Assembly (NCBI GenBank): GCA_963808235.1
Contig: CAWEEQ010000004.1
Span: 1,888,001 to 1,952,000 of the forward strand
Length of the DNA stretch: 64,000 nucleotides
From: an uncultured delta proteobacterium
Lineage (GTDB): Bacteria > Desulfobacterota > Binatia > Binatales > Binataceae
Direction of reading: 5' to 3'
The position numbers were made by a program, and so were the translations under genes. The stretch's first letter is position 1; every line of letters starts with the position of its first letter. Under the pieces are notes generated by a model. The model had not been told where the DNA came from. It did not search any database and saw nothing but the letters and a program-made list of their open reading frames with translations. Below, piece by piece: positions 28,883 through 39,882 of the stretch.

Positions 28883-31072
28883 GACGTGCAGGCGCGCCGC
28901 AAGGCGCGAGAAGCGGCGCCGCTCATCCTGGTTGCGCACCGCCTGCTGCAGCGCACTCCGAGTCCCGACCAGCACGCAGACCCTCTCCGCGCGCGTGATC
29001 GCAGTGTAGAGCAGATTGCGCCGCAGCATCACGTAGTGACTCGAATGTATCGGCATCACGACCGCCGGGTACTGGCTGCCCTGGCTCTTGTGCACCGATA
29101 TCGCGTAGGCGAGCGCCAGCTCGTCGAGTTCCGCAAGCTCGTATTCGGCGTGAGTTTCCTCGAATGCGACGTTGATCCGCGCCTTCGCGGTGTCGATCGC
29201 GAGTATCCGCCCGATCGATCCGTTGAAGACGCCCTTGTCGTAGTTGTTGCGCAGCTGAATGACCCGATCCCCCTCCCGAAATATCCGGTCGTTCGCGCGG
29301 ATTTCGCGTCCAATTGGATTGAGCAGGTTTTGCAGCTCGCGATTGAGCGTGTGGGTGCCGAGCGGACCGCGATTCATTGGGGTCAGAACCTGGATCTCGC
29401 GCGGATCGCTGATTCCGAAACGGCCGACCAGGCGTTGTTGCACGAGCTGTTTGATGGTCGCGACCACGTCTTCCGCCGCGTTGCGCTCGAAGAAGAAAAA
29501 GTCGCCCTCAGGGTCGTTGGAAACCTGCGGAAACTCGCCGCGGTTCAGACGATGCGCGTTCGCGACGATTAGACTCTGGCGGGCCTGCCGATAGACCTCG
29601 CGCAGTTGCACAACCGGCACGAAGTCAGACGCGATCACGTCTTTGAGCACGCTGCCGGGACCGACCGACGGAAGTTGATCGCGATCGCCGACCAGGAGCA
29701 ATGAGCAATTCGGCATCAGCGCGGAGAGCAAGCTCGAGGCGAGCTCGAGATCCATCATCGAGGCTTCGTCGATGATGAGATAATTGGTGCGCAGCGGAAA
29801 TTCCTTGCCGCGGACGAAGCCGCCGCTCTCCGGCGCGTATTCGAGTAGCCGATGGATTGTCTTCGCGTCGCGGCCCGAGGCCTCCTGGAGCCGTCGCGCG
29901 GCTCGTCCGGTGGGAGCGGCTAGAGTCGGCTTCAGCCCGACTTCGCCGAGGGCCACCAGCAGCGAGCGCAGGAGCGTGGTCTTGCCGGTCCCGGGACCGC
30001 CGGTGATCACGGTGACGCGGCTCAAGAGCGCGCATCGAAGCGCACTCTTCTGCTCGGCTGACAGTTCGAGGTCCGAGGATTTTACCGCCGCCGCAACCGC
30101 TCGATCGACCAAATCCTTGTTCATCGCGCGGCCCGCATTGAGCTCCGCGATTCGGCGCGCGACGTTGACTTCGGCCGCATGAAGCCGCGTGAGATAAACG
30201 GCGGTGTGAGCACCGGACTCGTGGTCCTCGTGCCCCGCAGCATTTTCGACGATCACATCGCCACTCGCAGCGAGTTCGCTCACCGCATCGCGGGCGAGAT
30301 CGGGTTCCATTTCCAGTGCGGTGCGGAACTGGCCCTCGAGGTACTCGAAGGGCGCGTAAACGTGACCTTCGTCGGCCATGCGCTCGAGCAGATACAGAAC
30401 CGCGGCGCGGGCGCGCTGGATCGAGTTGCGCGCGATCCCGAGTTTTTCTGCGATCGAGTCGGCGGTGCGAAATCCGATACCGTGAATCGTCCGCGCGAGC
30501 ACGTACGGATCCTGCTTGACGACTTCGAGCGCTTGCTTGCCGTAGAACTTGTGAATCCGGCGCGCATGCGAGCCGCCGAGTCCGTGCCCGCGCAAGAAGA
30601 CAGTGACCTCGCGCAGACCCGACGAGTCGCGCCAGGTGGCCGCGATCAGCCGCGCGCGCACCGCGCCGATACCCGGGACCTCGCGCATCCGTTCGGGAGC
30701 ATTGTCGAGCACCTCGCCTAGTTCATCGCCGAAGTGCTCCGCGATTCGACGCGCGAACGCGGGCCCGACGCCTTTTATCTCCGAGGCGAGATAGCGTTCG
30801 ATCGCGACCGATCCCGCGGGTCGCAGGGTTTCGAAGTCGACGACATGAAACTGCTCGCCGAAGCGCGGATGCTTTTCGTACCCGCCTTCGGCCCTGATGG
30901 TCGAGCCAACTTCGAGCCCCGAGAGATTTCCGACCACCGTGACGCGGCGGAAATCCCCATGCTCGCCCGCGACGACGACGACCGCGACCGAGTAGCCGTT
31001 GTTGTCGTTTACGAACAGGACCTGGTCGAGGATGCCCTCAACGGTCTCCGTCGCGTGTTGAGTCTCAGCCAC
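28877..31072 (-). CDS. recD2: RecD2 helicase
   Basis: N-terminal HhH region, ITGGPGTGKTT, IIDEASM, VGDRDQLPSVGPG, HKSQGSQY, LYTAITR. Confidence 0.95.
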   Translation of the reverse strand: MAETQHATETVEGILDQVLFVNDNNGYSVAVVVVAGEHGDFRRVTVVGNLSGLEVGSTIRAEGGYEKHPRFGEQFHVVDFETLRPAGSVAIERYLASEIKGVGPAFARRIAEHFGDELGEVLDNAPERMREVPGIGAVRARLIAATWRDSSGLREVTVFLRGHGLGGSHARRIHKFYGKQALEVVKQDPYVLARTIHGIGFRTADSIAEKLGIARNSIQRARAAVLYLLERMADEGHVYAPFEYLEGQFRTALEMEPDLARDAVSELAASGDVIVENAAGHEDHESGAHTAVYLTRLHAAEVNVARRIAELNAGRAMNKDLVDRAVAAAVKSSDLELSAEQKSALRCALLSRVTVITGGPGTGKTTLLRSLLVALGEVGLKPTLAAPTGRAARRLQEASGRDAKTIHRLLEYAPESGGFVRGKEFPLRTNYLIIDEASMMDLELASSLLSALMPNCSLLLVGDRDQLPSVGPGSVLKDVIASDFVPVVQLREVYRQARQSLIVANAHRLNRGEFPQVSNDPEGDFFFFERNAAEDVVATIKQLVQQRLVGRFGISDPREIQVLTPMNRGPLGTHTLNRELQNLLNPIGREIRANDRIFREGDRVIQLRNNYDKGVFNGSIGRILAIDTAKARINVAFEETHAEYELAELDELALAYAISVHKSQGSQYPAVVMPIHSSHYVMLRRNLLYTAITRAERVCVLVGTRSALQQAVRNQDERRRFSRLAARLHVN

Positions 31073-31145
31073 GCAATCAGGATTACCCGCGCCGCGCGTC
31101 GCGTCCAGTTGGCGATGCTCGAAACGTCAACAGAGCATCTGGGAT

Positions 31146-32153
31146 TCAATTACCAGGAAGGAACTCCAGCGCGTCCGCCCACGTAGTCGGGGAGTTCAGA
31201 ATTCCGAGATGAGCCGTGCCGAGGAACGGATCGAACTGCCCCTGTCCAACGAGGTCGATCGATGGAGCACCCTCCAGTAGTGCGCTATCCGAGAAGTCGT
31301 GAGGGTTGCCGTTGCGATCTTCGGGCGGAAGGGGTCCGAAGACGGGGCCATCAGCCGCCCCGCCGATATACACGAAGTCGCCGCTCTCGGGCGACGCCTG
31401 GAAGACATTTCGGATGACGAGATATTTTGTCGGACCCGGAGTCTCGCCGCTCGCGTTCAGCGTGGTGAGGAACTGCGTCGTCGCGGCGCCGTACTCGTCG
31501 CAAATCGCGCTATTGGGAGTAAAGCCACCATTGGCGGGCACCTGGAAATAGTTGCCGCTCGACGGCGAGCAGTCCACAATCCCGTGGTTGGGCCCGTCGA
31601 TCGCGACCAGCGACCTGACCACGTGGTAGGCCTGGTCCTGAAGCATCCATTCGCGCGCGACCGTCACGCCGAGACTATGCGCGACGATATCGACGCGATG
31701 CGCTCCGGTATATGCGAGGACCGCGGCGACGAACGCACGCAGCATCGGCACAGCGGCTGCAGTGCTGTGCGCGATTCCCGAGCGCAAAGTCGGATCCGTC
31801 AGCAAGTCGCATTGATCGCCCTGATATCCAAGCGCCCAAAGCTCGCTCGGCTGATATCCGTTTTGCGCGAAAAACTGGGCGAAACTGTGAACGGCGCCGT
31901 AGGGATTGCATGCGGTCGGAAAAGGCGTGTCATTGTTTCCGTGTAGGAAGATGACCGGGACGCGATTGACCTTTCCTTGCGCGCCAAATCCGATCACCGG
32001 GACCCCGAGATAAAAGTTTTCGATCACCGGAAAGCCGGGCGGAAAAGTGGTGCCGACCTGCGGAGTCGGCGGAGTGTGTGGTTTCGCGGCGACGGGAATT
32101 GCCGAACATAGCAGGAGCAACATCGCTGTAACCACGCCGCCTAGTTGCTTCAT
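31146..32153 (-). CDS. Secreted alpha/beta hydrolase (lipase class 2-like)
   Basis: Signal peptide from MKQLGG, PVIFLHGN, VDIVAHSLG nucleophile motif. Confidence 0.85.
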   Translation of the reverse strand: MKQLGGVVTAMLLLLCSAIPVAAKPHTPPTPQVGTTFPPGFPVIENFYLGVPVIGFGAQGKVNRVPVIFLHGNNDTPFPTACNPYGAVHSFAQFFAQNGYQPSELWALGYQGDQCDLLTDPTLRSGIAHSTAAAVPMLRAFVAAVLAYTGAHRVDIVAHSLGVTVAREWMLQDQAYHVVRSLVAIDGPNHGIVDCSPSSGNYFQVPANGGFTPNSAICDEYGAATTQFLTTLNASGETPGPTKYLVIRNVFQASPESGDFVYIGGAADGPVFGPLPPEDRNGNPHDFSDSALLEGAPSIDLVGQGQFDPFLGTAHLGILNSPTTWADALEFLPGN

Positions 32154-32263
32154 TCCGAGCCTCCGCTTGTCCGCCTGATTCGATTCAACGCGGTAATTCG
32201 TTGGACTCCTCCCCATAGACCAAACGGCTTTTGCCTGCAAGGCGAGTTTCGAAAAGAGAAGAT

Positions 32264-33652
32264 TTAGACCTTGATCGTTTCCCAATGCCCGGTGCGGAAG
32301 CGCCAGGTCTTCAGCGAGGAACGCACGATGTAGTCGGCGATCAGCGACCACCATATCCAAACGATACTGCCGCCGTAGTACGAAATCAGAATCGTGACCG
32401 CAAGCCGCATCCCGTAAAAACCGGCCAGCGATCCGTAGAGCGGAAACTGGGAATCGCCGGCGCCACGGAGCGCGCCGGTGATCGTCCAATCGATTGCCAT
32501 CAGTGGCTGCGCGGCGGCGAGCGCGTACATGAACTGCACGGTGTACTCGATAACCTGTTTGTCGCTGATGAAGAGCGCCGCGATCTGGTGGGCGAAGGCG
32601 ATAAACACCAGTCCCATCAAGGTCATCATGATCACCGCCATCCGCGTCGATTCCCATCCCGCCTTGCGCGAGAATTTCGGGTCGCCCGCGCCGAGGCCCT
32701 GGCCCACCAGCGTCGCCGACGCCGCGGAAAAGCCGAAGCCGGGCAGGAACGATAGCGCGAGAATTCGCACCCCGATGAAATATGCGGCGACCTCTTTTTC
32801 GCCGTAGCGTGCGACGAACGCGACGTACGCGACGAAGCCGAACTGAATTATCAACTGCTCGATCGCGGCGGGATTGCCGACGCTCAAGATTCGCCGGCCG
32901 AGTTCGAAGTCGGGCCACAGCCCCTTCCATCGAAAGTTCAGCACCATTCCGTCGATCGACAATGCGTAGAAGAAGAGTATCCCGCCGATCGATATCGCGA
33001 GCAGAGTCGCGACCGCGGAGCCGTCGACGCCGAGCGCGGGAAATCCAAACTTACCGAAGATCAAAACGTAGTTGAGAAAAATCGCGAGCACGTCGATGAT
33101 GCCGCCGATCCAGAGCGGCGTGCGCGTGTCGCCGGCGCCGCGCAGCGCCGACGCGCACATCAGAAAGATTCCCTGGAACGGTTCGGAGAGCATCACGACT
33201 TGCAGATATCGCGCGCCCATGTCGGCCATTTCGCCTTTGACCTGGAAGAGTCCCATCAGCGGCCGCGCGAACACGATCACCGGGATCGCGATGATCGTCG
33301 AAACCAGCACTCCGAACACGACCGACTGCTTCAGCACCTCCTCGGCGCTGTCGCGATCGCTCCCGCCGATGTACCGCGCAACGAGCGCGACGGTGCCAGT
33401 GCCGACCGCCGCGATACCCGCGCGCACCGCGCCGAGAATCTGCGTCGCGAGCCCGACCGCGCCAACCGCTTCGGCGCCGAGCCGCCCGACCATCAGCATT
33501 GAGGCGAGACCCAGGATCGAGTCGAGGCCGAAGGAGAGAATCACCGGCCACGCGAGCGCCCACACCTCCGAGCGGATCCGCTCGATCGGCGGCAGGGTCA
33601 TCGCGAGCCCGCCCTGAACCTCCGGAGGAGTTGCCTCGAGAAAATCTGACAT
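32264..33652 (-). CDS. MATE family efflux transporter
   Basis: LAWPV, LRGAGDTRTPL, GQGLGAG; about 12 TMs. Confidence 0.92.
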   Translation of the reverse strand: MSDFLEATPPEVQGGLAMTLPPIERIRSEVWALAWPVILSFGLDSILGLASMLMVGRLGAEAVGAVGLATQILGAVRAGIAAVGTGTVALVARYIGGSDRDSAEEVLKQSVVFGVLVSTIIAIPVIVFARPLMGLFQVKGEMADMGARYLQVVMLSEPFQGIFLMCASALRGAGDTRTPLWIGGIIDVLAIFLNYVLIFGKFGFPALGVDGSAVATLLAISIGGILFFYALSIDGMVLNFRWKGLWPDFELGRRILSVGNPAAIEQLIIQFGFVAYVAFVARYGEKEVAAYFIGVRILALSFLPGFGFSAASATLVGQGLGAGDPKFSRKAGWESTRMAVIMMTLMGLVFIAFAHQIAALFISDKQVIEYTVQFMYALAAAQPLMAIDWTITGALRGAGDSQFPLYGSLAGFYGMRLAVTILISYYGGSIVWIWWSLIADYIVRSSLKTWRFRTGHWETIKV

Positions 33653-33780
33653 GACTTTGAACAGTTACGTCAGCACCAGCCTTGCTAGTCAATGGAGTGT
33701 GGGCGCGTGCCGATCGTGCGCGGCTCGACCAGATCGTGTGCGAATGCGAAATCCGCTATATCTGTCGACGGCGGGTGGAG

Positions 33781-35265
33781 ATGCTGGGGCCAAGTTCAGC
33801 GACCAACGAATCGACATTGCACGCAGAGCCGTCGCGGGCAGGACTATCGCGGCCGGTACAAATCTTTGCCGCGATCTTTGTGGCCGCGGCACTCGTGTAC
33901 TCGCATCGAATTGGTACCGACCCGCTCGGCGCGAGCGAGGCGTTTAGCGCGTGGTCGGCGGCGAAGCCCGGAATCGCCGCAATCGCGCAAACGCCGGTAC
34001 TGCACGAGCCCGGAAAATTTCTCTTCTACTACGGCGCGCTACACTACTACTCGCGGATTTTCGGCTTGAGCGAGCTCTCGTTACGCTCGATGTCGGTGAT
34101 CTTTTCGCTGATGACGCTGGTGCTGGTGTTCGCGCTAGGTCGCGAAATGTTCGATGACAGCACGGCTCTTGCCGCGGTGGCGATATGGGCATTCAACCCG
34201 CTGGCAGTGGTATTTGCCCACACCGCGCGAATGTACCCGATGCTCATCGCGCTCGCGCTGGCGCATCTGCTCACCTTGCTCCAGGTGCGCTCGCGACCGA
34301 ACGCCATACGGGGAATCGGATGCGGAATTCTCGGCGCAGCGATGCTCTATACTCACATGGCCGGGTTACTGATCCTCGGTGCGGAGGCCGCGATACTGAT
34401 CCGCGATCTCGCACGCGGCAGACGCGATACCATAGCGTGGATGGCGATAATTCTCGCCGGCGTTTTGTTCGTCCCGTACCTGCCCTACGCGATTCGACAG
34501 AGCCAGCAGATGATTTACGGGCAGTGGTTGGACTACCTGGGTCCGCCTTACAACTATCCGCTCGCGGTTAAAGTGGCGGCCGCACTGGTCGCGGCTTCGA
34601 TTGCCCTATGGCTGGTATTTGGCCGATCTCTGGAACGGAAAGGCGACGAACCAATTCGCCTGCTCGTGGTCTGGATCGCACTGCCCGCGTTGGTATTCAC
34701 CCTCGGGTCGGTGCTCCTGCATCCGATGTTCAATCCGCGTTACCTGGCGCCGGGAATTGCTGCGTCGTCGGTGTTGATTACGGGAGCCATCGATGTGTGG
34801 AGCACCAAGTGGCGCAATCTGCTTGCCGCCGGCTTCGCGCTGGCATGTGTGATCGTGCTGCCGTTCGACCGGTTTCAGCCGCAGCCGTGGCGAGATTTGG
34901 CGCTCCAGGTAGCTGCGTCGGGTGCGTCGGATCCTGTTTTCTTTGAATCGGGGTTTGTGTCAAACGAAAGCACGAGGAATGTCCCAAATGGCGGCTTTCC
35001 GTTCGGCTACTACTCAGTACCATTCAATTACTACTTCAAAGGAACCAATCCGCGAATAGCTATTCCGGGATATGACCCCCATACAGCGCAACTGACTATT
35101 GCGGAAAAGGTATCGGCGGCTAGCGGCGGATGGCTGGTAAGTTGGAAGGATCGCGACGAGGTGCAGACGGAGTTACCCGACGCGAAGCGCTTCCGGATCG
35201 TCGAGACATATGAGCAGCCGCGTCTGGCCGTTTATCGAATAACGCCGGCGTCGTCTCCCAGATAA
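33781..35265 (+). CDS. GT-C membrane glycosyltransferase (PMT/ArnT-like)
   Basis: SELSLRSMS, AHTARMY, LYTHM, PRYL motifs; multi-TM. Confidence 0.8.
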   Translation: MLGPSSATNESTLHAEPSRAGLSRPVQIFAAIFVAAALVYSHRIGTDPLGASEAFSAWSAAKPGIAAIAQTPVLHEPGKFLFYYGALHYYSRIFGLSELSLRSMSVIFSLMTLVLVFALGREMFDDSTALAAVAIWAFNPLAVVFAHTARMYPMLIALALAHLLTLLQVRSRPNAIRGIGCGILGAAMLYTHMAGLLILGAEAAILIRDLARGRRDTIAWMAIILAGVLFVPYLPYAIRQSQQMIYGQWLDYLGPPYNYPLAVKVAAALVAASIALWLVFGRSLERKGDEPIRLLVVWIALPALVFTLGSVLLHPMFNPRYLAPGIAASSVLITGAIDVWSTKWRNLLAAGFALACVIVLPFDRFQPQPWRDLALQVAASGASDPVFFESGFVSNESTRNVPNGGFPFGYYSVPFNYYFKGTNPRIAIPGYDPHTAQLTIAEKVSAASGGWLVSWKDRDEVQTELPDAKRFRIVETYEQPRLAVYRITPASSPR

Positions 35266-35276
35266 CGGAGAAGCGT

Positions 35277-36587
35277 CTACGCCGTGGTCGATTCGGCAGC
35301 TACGACGCCGCCGTGAGCGGGCTCGCGCAGTTCGATTTTGCGGCAGCGCATGAACAGATCGCTGGCGCCGACGTAGGCGACTTCCTCGACGGCGAATCCG
35401 TGGCGCATCACGATTTGAGTCAACTGCTCACGCGTGTAGCGCGTTATGTGCTCGCCTTTGTGGTCGCCTGGCGTCAGAAATTCGTGCACTGGCTCAAGCG
35501 TCCGCCAAACGCGAGTGGCGTAGTCAGGGGTGGCAAGAATCAGCGTTCCATCGAGCTTCAGCACGCGGCGCATCTCCTCGAAGATTACCTCGTCATAGGG
35601 GATGTGCTCGATCACCTGCGACGAGATCACGCAATCGAAGCTCTGATCGAGAAACGGCAGCGCGAAGGCAGAACCGCGCACCAGCGGCGTCCCGTAGCGG
35701 CGTAGAAAGCGCAGCTTGCCGAAATTAGAGTCCATCCCGATTGCGTGGTTGAGACTCTGCACGATGAGGCCCGAACCGCAGCCCGCATCGAGGATAAGTC
35801 GAGCTCCGCGCGCCCACGTCACAGCGATGTGATGGCGGCGGCGATGCCAGTAGCGCTGAATCGGGATGATGCTGTAGAAGGCGCGCTCGTTGTAGTCTGC
35901 CGATTCAGACGAATTGCGCAACTTCCAAAGCTTGAGCGCCGAGTGCGCGATGTCGAGGCCGAAGCTGATTAGCTTCGCATGAGAACGCCCCGCGCCGCGC
36001 GGGAAGTACACGAAGGGCACCTCGACCACGCTGAACCCGCGCGCGTAGGCGCGAGCCAGGACCTCTTCCTGCACCTCAAAATTCTTCGAGTCGAGCTCAA
36101 GTCTCTCCAACGCTTCGCGGCGATAGAGGCGAAACCCGCTGGACATGTCAAGCACCGGTATTGAAAGCATCCGGCGCAACACCAGATTCAGAAACCAACT
36201 GGTCGAATTGCGAATGAACGATGAATACGCGACTCCGCCCCGGGTGTAGCGCGATGCCACCACGATGTCGCCGTGTTGGCGCGCCTGCCACATCTTGGCG
36301 ATGAAATCGGGATCGTGCGAAAGATCGGCGTCCAGGGTCAAAAAATAGTCGCCGCGCGCTTCGGCAAACCCGGTTTCCAGCGCGCCCGCGTAGCCGCGAC
36401 GGCGCTCGCCGACGACGCGCGCTCCCAGAGCCTCGGCCGTCTCGCGAGTGCCATCTGTGGAATTCCCATCCACGACGACGATCTCGTACGAGAGCTTCTC
36501 GCGTTCCAGCGAAGCTTTAATGCGCGGGAGCAGGATGAGCAGGTTGTCGCGCTCGTTAACGACGGGCAGGATTACGGAAATGTCCAT
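35277..36587 (-). CDS. GT2 polyprenol-phosphate glycosyltransferase fused to class I SAM methyltransferase
   Basis: VVDGNSTDGT, LDADLSHDP, SGFRLY; C-terminal ILDAGCGSG, ALPF..QSFDCV, VIEHI. Confidence 0.88.
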   Translation of the reverse strand: MDISVILPVVNERDNLLILLPRIKASLEREKLSYEIVVVDGNSTDGTRETAEALGARVVGERRRGYAGALETGFAEARGDYFLTLDADLSHDPDFIAKMWQARQHGDIVVASRYTRGGVAYSSFIRNSTSWFLNLVLRRMLSIPVLDMSSGFRLYRREALERLELDSKNFEVQEEVLARAYARGFSVVEVPFVYFPRGAGRSHAKLISFGLDIAHSALKLWKLRNSSESADYNERAFYSIIPIQRYWHRRRHHIAVTWARGARLILDAGCGSGLIVQSLNHAIGMDSNFGKLRFLRRYGTPLVRGSAFALPFLDQSFDCVISSQVIEHIPYDEVIFEEMRRVLKLDGTLILATPDYATRVWRTLEPVHEFLTPGDHKGEHITRYTREQLTQIVMRHGFAVEEVAYVGASDLFMRCRKIELREPAHGGVVAAESTTA

Positions 36588-36679
36588 TTAGATTGGCGCT
36601 TCGCGCAGTGGAGACATATCAGCAGCCGCACCTCACATCCACACGATCATGCCGCGGTCCTGGATCGATCGATGAAACC

Positions 36680-38758
36680 TCAAGCAGCTTGCGAGGTGGC
36701 CGGAATCGCCATCGAACCTGCGCCGACGCGGATCGGCAGAATCACCAGGCTGTAGCCGTAGAGCTGCAGCCAATTCTGAATTTCCACCGAGGTATGGTTG
36801 TGCAGGAAGCGGCCGATGAATCCTTCAATCTCGTCGGAAAAAATCAATTTGCCGGCAAAAAACACGACGTGCGGAAATTCGTGCGCGACCTCCAGGCACA
36901 GCCGGCGGAGCTCGACCACCACGTCCGGCGCGAGACCGGCGCGCAACTCCGAATGAAGGCCCAGGTCTTTGGCGAACTGGCAATACTCATTCAAATCCTC
37001 GCTCATCCGATTCTCGAGTTCGCGCACTTCTTCAGGCCCTTTGAGGAGCGCGGCGTCTACTTCACCGACGCCGATGAAAATTACATTTCGGAACTCACCC
37101 TTGAACAACTGGGTAACCGCAATCAGGGTCGCGAGGCCGAGACCGTTATAGCCACTGACTAATATCGCGGCGGTCGGTGCGTCAGGATCGCGCTCCGCGG
37201 GCTCGAGCTTTTTCACCGCGTACAGTTTCGGCAGGATATCGGCTTCGAGCTGCTCGATCGCCTTCGAGACTCGCTCATAATGACGCCGCACAACGAAGCA
37301 GAGCGAGATCAAGCCGCCCGTGATCACCACCGTTATCCATCCGCCGTCGTGGAACTTCAGCGTCAGCGTGATCATCAGAATCGTCGCGGTGAAAATAGTT
37401 CCGATACCGTTGATGCACAATTTGCGCAGCCATCGCTTTTCGTTCTTGCGTTCGATCCACCAATGGGTGGTCATCCCGAGCTGCGAAAGCGTGAAGGTCA
37501 CGAACACGTTGATCGCATATAGGACGACCAGCAAGTCGACTTTGGCCTCGGTGCCGATCAGAATAGCGATTGCCGCGAGTCCAATCGTGATGACGCCGTC
37601 CTGCGTCACCAGCCGCGCGCTCAGATTTGCGAATCTTCGTGGCAGCCATCGGTCCGACGCCATCGTCGCGAGCACGCGCGGACCGTCGACAAATCCGGTT
37701 TGCGCGGCGACGAACAGCAGCGCGCCCTCGGTCAGCAGCGCAAAGAGGATTATTCCTGGCCCGACCGAAAGGCCAAAAAACTTCCAGTTGGTCGCGAGCC
37801 GCTCGAACATCACCGCGTTCAGCGTCTTGCCAGCCTCTGCTTCGACGTTCAGAAGCAGGTATCCGAGCAGGATTCCGCCGGCGATAAACGCGAGCGACAG
37901 CGCCATGTAGATCATCGTGCGCTTGCCGGTCTCGGCGCGCGGCTCACGCAGGATCGGCAGTCCGTTGCTGACCGCTTCGATACCGGTGTAGGTGCCGCCG
38001 CCAAGGCTGTAGGCGCGGAAGAAAATCACCGCGAGCGCCAGCATCCCGATGCTGCTCGAACTCGCGTGCACTTCTCTGACCGCGTCACCGACGATTGACG
38101 GCAACTCCGGCGCGCGGCTCAGGATCGCATAGCCGACCAGCCACACATGCATAACGATGAACGCGATAAAAATCGGCAGTAGCGATAGCACCGATTCCTT
38201 AACCCCGCGGAGGTTCATCAGGACCATCAGCACTACGACCAACAGGCACGCCCAGAACTTGAACGGATGCCACGCAAGCGGCAGAAAACTGAAAATCGCG
38301 TCGGCTCCGCTCGCGATCGAGATCGCAATCGTCAGCACGTAGTCCACGACCAGCGCCGATCCGGAAACCAGCCCGAAATATTTGCCGAGCAGCTTGGTCG
38401 CAACCAGGTAGCCGCCGCCGCCGGTCGGGAACAGATCGATCGTTTGCGAATATGACGCCGAGATCACGAAAACCGTCAGCGCCATGAGCATCGCGAGGAA
38501 AACCGCGAGATACTGATGATGCCCCAGCGCCAGGAACGCTTCCTCGGGTCCGTAGCACGACGAACTCAGCCCGTCCGAGCCGAGACCGACCCAGGCGAGA
38601 AAAGCGATCAGCGAGAGACTATGGAAAATTTCAGGATCGCGAACATCGCGCGGCGGCCCGATCAGCACATCGCTCAGCGTGCGTTTGCCCGATCTCTCCG
38701 CATTCGAGCCGGTGACCTTCGTACCTGGGGCCTTCGGGCCGGTGGTCGATGATACCAT
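36680..38758 (-). CDS. APC-superfamily transporter, KimA/YdaO-like (putative K+ importer)
   Basis: DGLSSSCYGPEE, GGGGYLVA, VDYVLT, NLRGVKES, TGIEAVSNG, LYAINVF. Confidence 0.85.
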   Translation of the reverse strand: MVSSTTGPKAPGTKVTGSNAERSGKRTLSDVLIGPPRDVRDPEIFHSLSLIAFLAWVGLGSDGLSSSCYGPEEAFLALGHHQYLAVFLAMLMALTVFVISASYSQTIDLFPTGGGGYLVATKLLGKYFGLVSGSALVVDYVLTIAISIASGADAIFSFLPLAWHPFKFWACLLVVVLMVLMNLRGVKESVLSLLPIFIAFIVMHVWLVGYAILSRAPELPSIVGDAVREVHASSSSIGMLALAVIFFRAYSLGGGTYTGIEAVSNGLPILREPRAETGKRTMIYMALSLAFIAGGILLGYLLLNVEAEAGKTLNAVMFERLATNWKFFGLSVGPGIILFALLTEGALLFVAAQTGFVDGPRVLATMASDRWLPRRFANLSARLVTQDGVITIGLAAIAILIGTEAKVDLLVVLYAINVFVTFTLSQLGMTTHWWIERKNEKRWLRKLCINGIGTIFTATILMITLTLKFHDGGWITVVITGGLISLCFVVRRHYERVSKAIEQLEADILPKLYAVKKLEPAERDPDAPTAAILVSGYNGLGLATLIAVTQLFKGEFRNVIFIGVGEVDAALLKGPEEVRELENRMSEDLNEYCQFAKDLGLHSELRAGLAPDVVVELRRLCLEVAHEFPHVVFFAGKLIFSDEIEGFIGRFLHNHTSVEIQNWLQLYGYSLVILPIRVGAGSMAIPATSQAA

Positions 38759-38847
38759 TTGATTGTGCGAGCGCTTCTCCTACTGCAAGTTGCAAATCTA
38801 AGTGAATCAAGGAGATTGCGCAAAGCAACGTCGGGTGGCAAGCGCAT

Positions 38848-39749
38848 TCAGACTGAATAGAGTGCGCGTTCGAGGCCCAGCTGATAGCGCGCAGCGTCGA
38901 TCAAGTTTTGCATCAGGGCGAGGACGGTCATCGGGCCGGTGCCGCCGGGGTTGAGCGTAATCCATCCGGCGACATCCTTCACCGCGTCGAAATCCACGTC
39001 GCCGATAAATTTGCCCGGGCCAACGCGCCGGACGCCAACGTCGATCACGCACGCGCCCGGCTTCACCATGTCGGCGGTGATTAAAAATGGGCGGCCGGTG
39101 TCGGCGCCGACGCATGGGATCAGAATGTCCGCCTCGCGGCAAATCGCGCCGAGGTCGCGAGTGTGCCGATGGCACCAGGTGACAGTCGCGTTGCGCAGCC
39201 GTCCGCCCAAAATAACCGCGGTCGGTTTGCCGGCGACGTCGCTGCGTCCGATCACCACCGCGCGCGCGCCTTCGACCGGCACTTTGTAATAGTCGAGAAG
39301 ACTGAGAACCCCGCGCGGGGTGCATGGAATAAATCGTCCCCATCGGCCCCGGTAAAATCCGCCGACACTCGCCGACCCAACCGCGTCGAGGTCCTTGTCG
39401 TAACGGATCGCGTCGAAGAGCCGGAACTGATCGACCGACTCGGGCAGCGGCACCTGGATCAGGATCGCGTTGATTTGCGGATCGTCGTTCAGTTTCCCGA
39501 TCACCCCGAGTAACGCGTCGATGCTCGCCTCGGCCGCCGTCATCCGGATTGTGCGGCTCTCGCATCCGAGTTCCGCCGCGGCGCGCTGCTTGTTCTTGAC
39601 GTATTGCCGCGACGCAGGATCGTCGCCGACTATGATCGCGGCGAGCGACGGCGTGCATCCAACTTGCTCTTGAGCAGGTCGACGTTGGCACGCAACTCGG
39701 GCATCAGAAGCGCGCTCAGCGCCCGGCCATCCATAATGATCGCAGCCAT
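38848..39749 (-). CDS. folD: Methylenetetrahydrofolate dehydrogenase/cyclohydrolase, frameshift near 39661
   Basis: MAAIIMDGRALS.. then, in another frame, GCTPSLAAIIVGDDPASRQYVKNK, PCTPRG, GRSDVAGKP, PGGTGPMTV. Confidence 0.9.
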
Positions 39750-39882
39750 CGGGGTATGCGTCGATTATTTAGCACCGCATCAGGCCGGGCAAGCCGCTGT
39801 GGACAGAATGCGCGATGCTGTTGGCAGATCACGCGAGCTTGTCTCGTTCGTGATAATCCGGTTTGTTAAGATCTCCGCGCTG

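Noticed and set aside
31146-32930. 594-aa ORF suggesting a long N-terminal extension on the lipase
   Set aside because: The extension is an alternate frame of the MATE gene; the real start is MKQLGG at 32153 with GGAGG SD and signal peptide
38759-38847. c-di-AMP (ydaO) riboswitch upstream of the KimA-like gene
   Set aside because: The gap is only about 90 nt, mostly a TTGCGC-N17-TAGATT promoter-like element; no aptamer consensus seen
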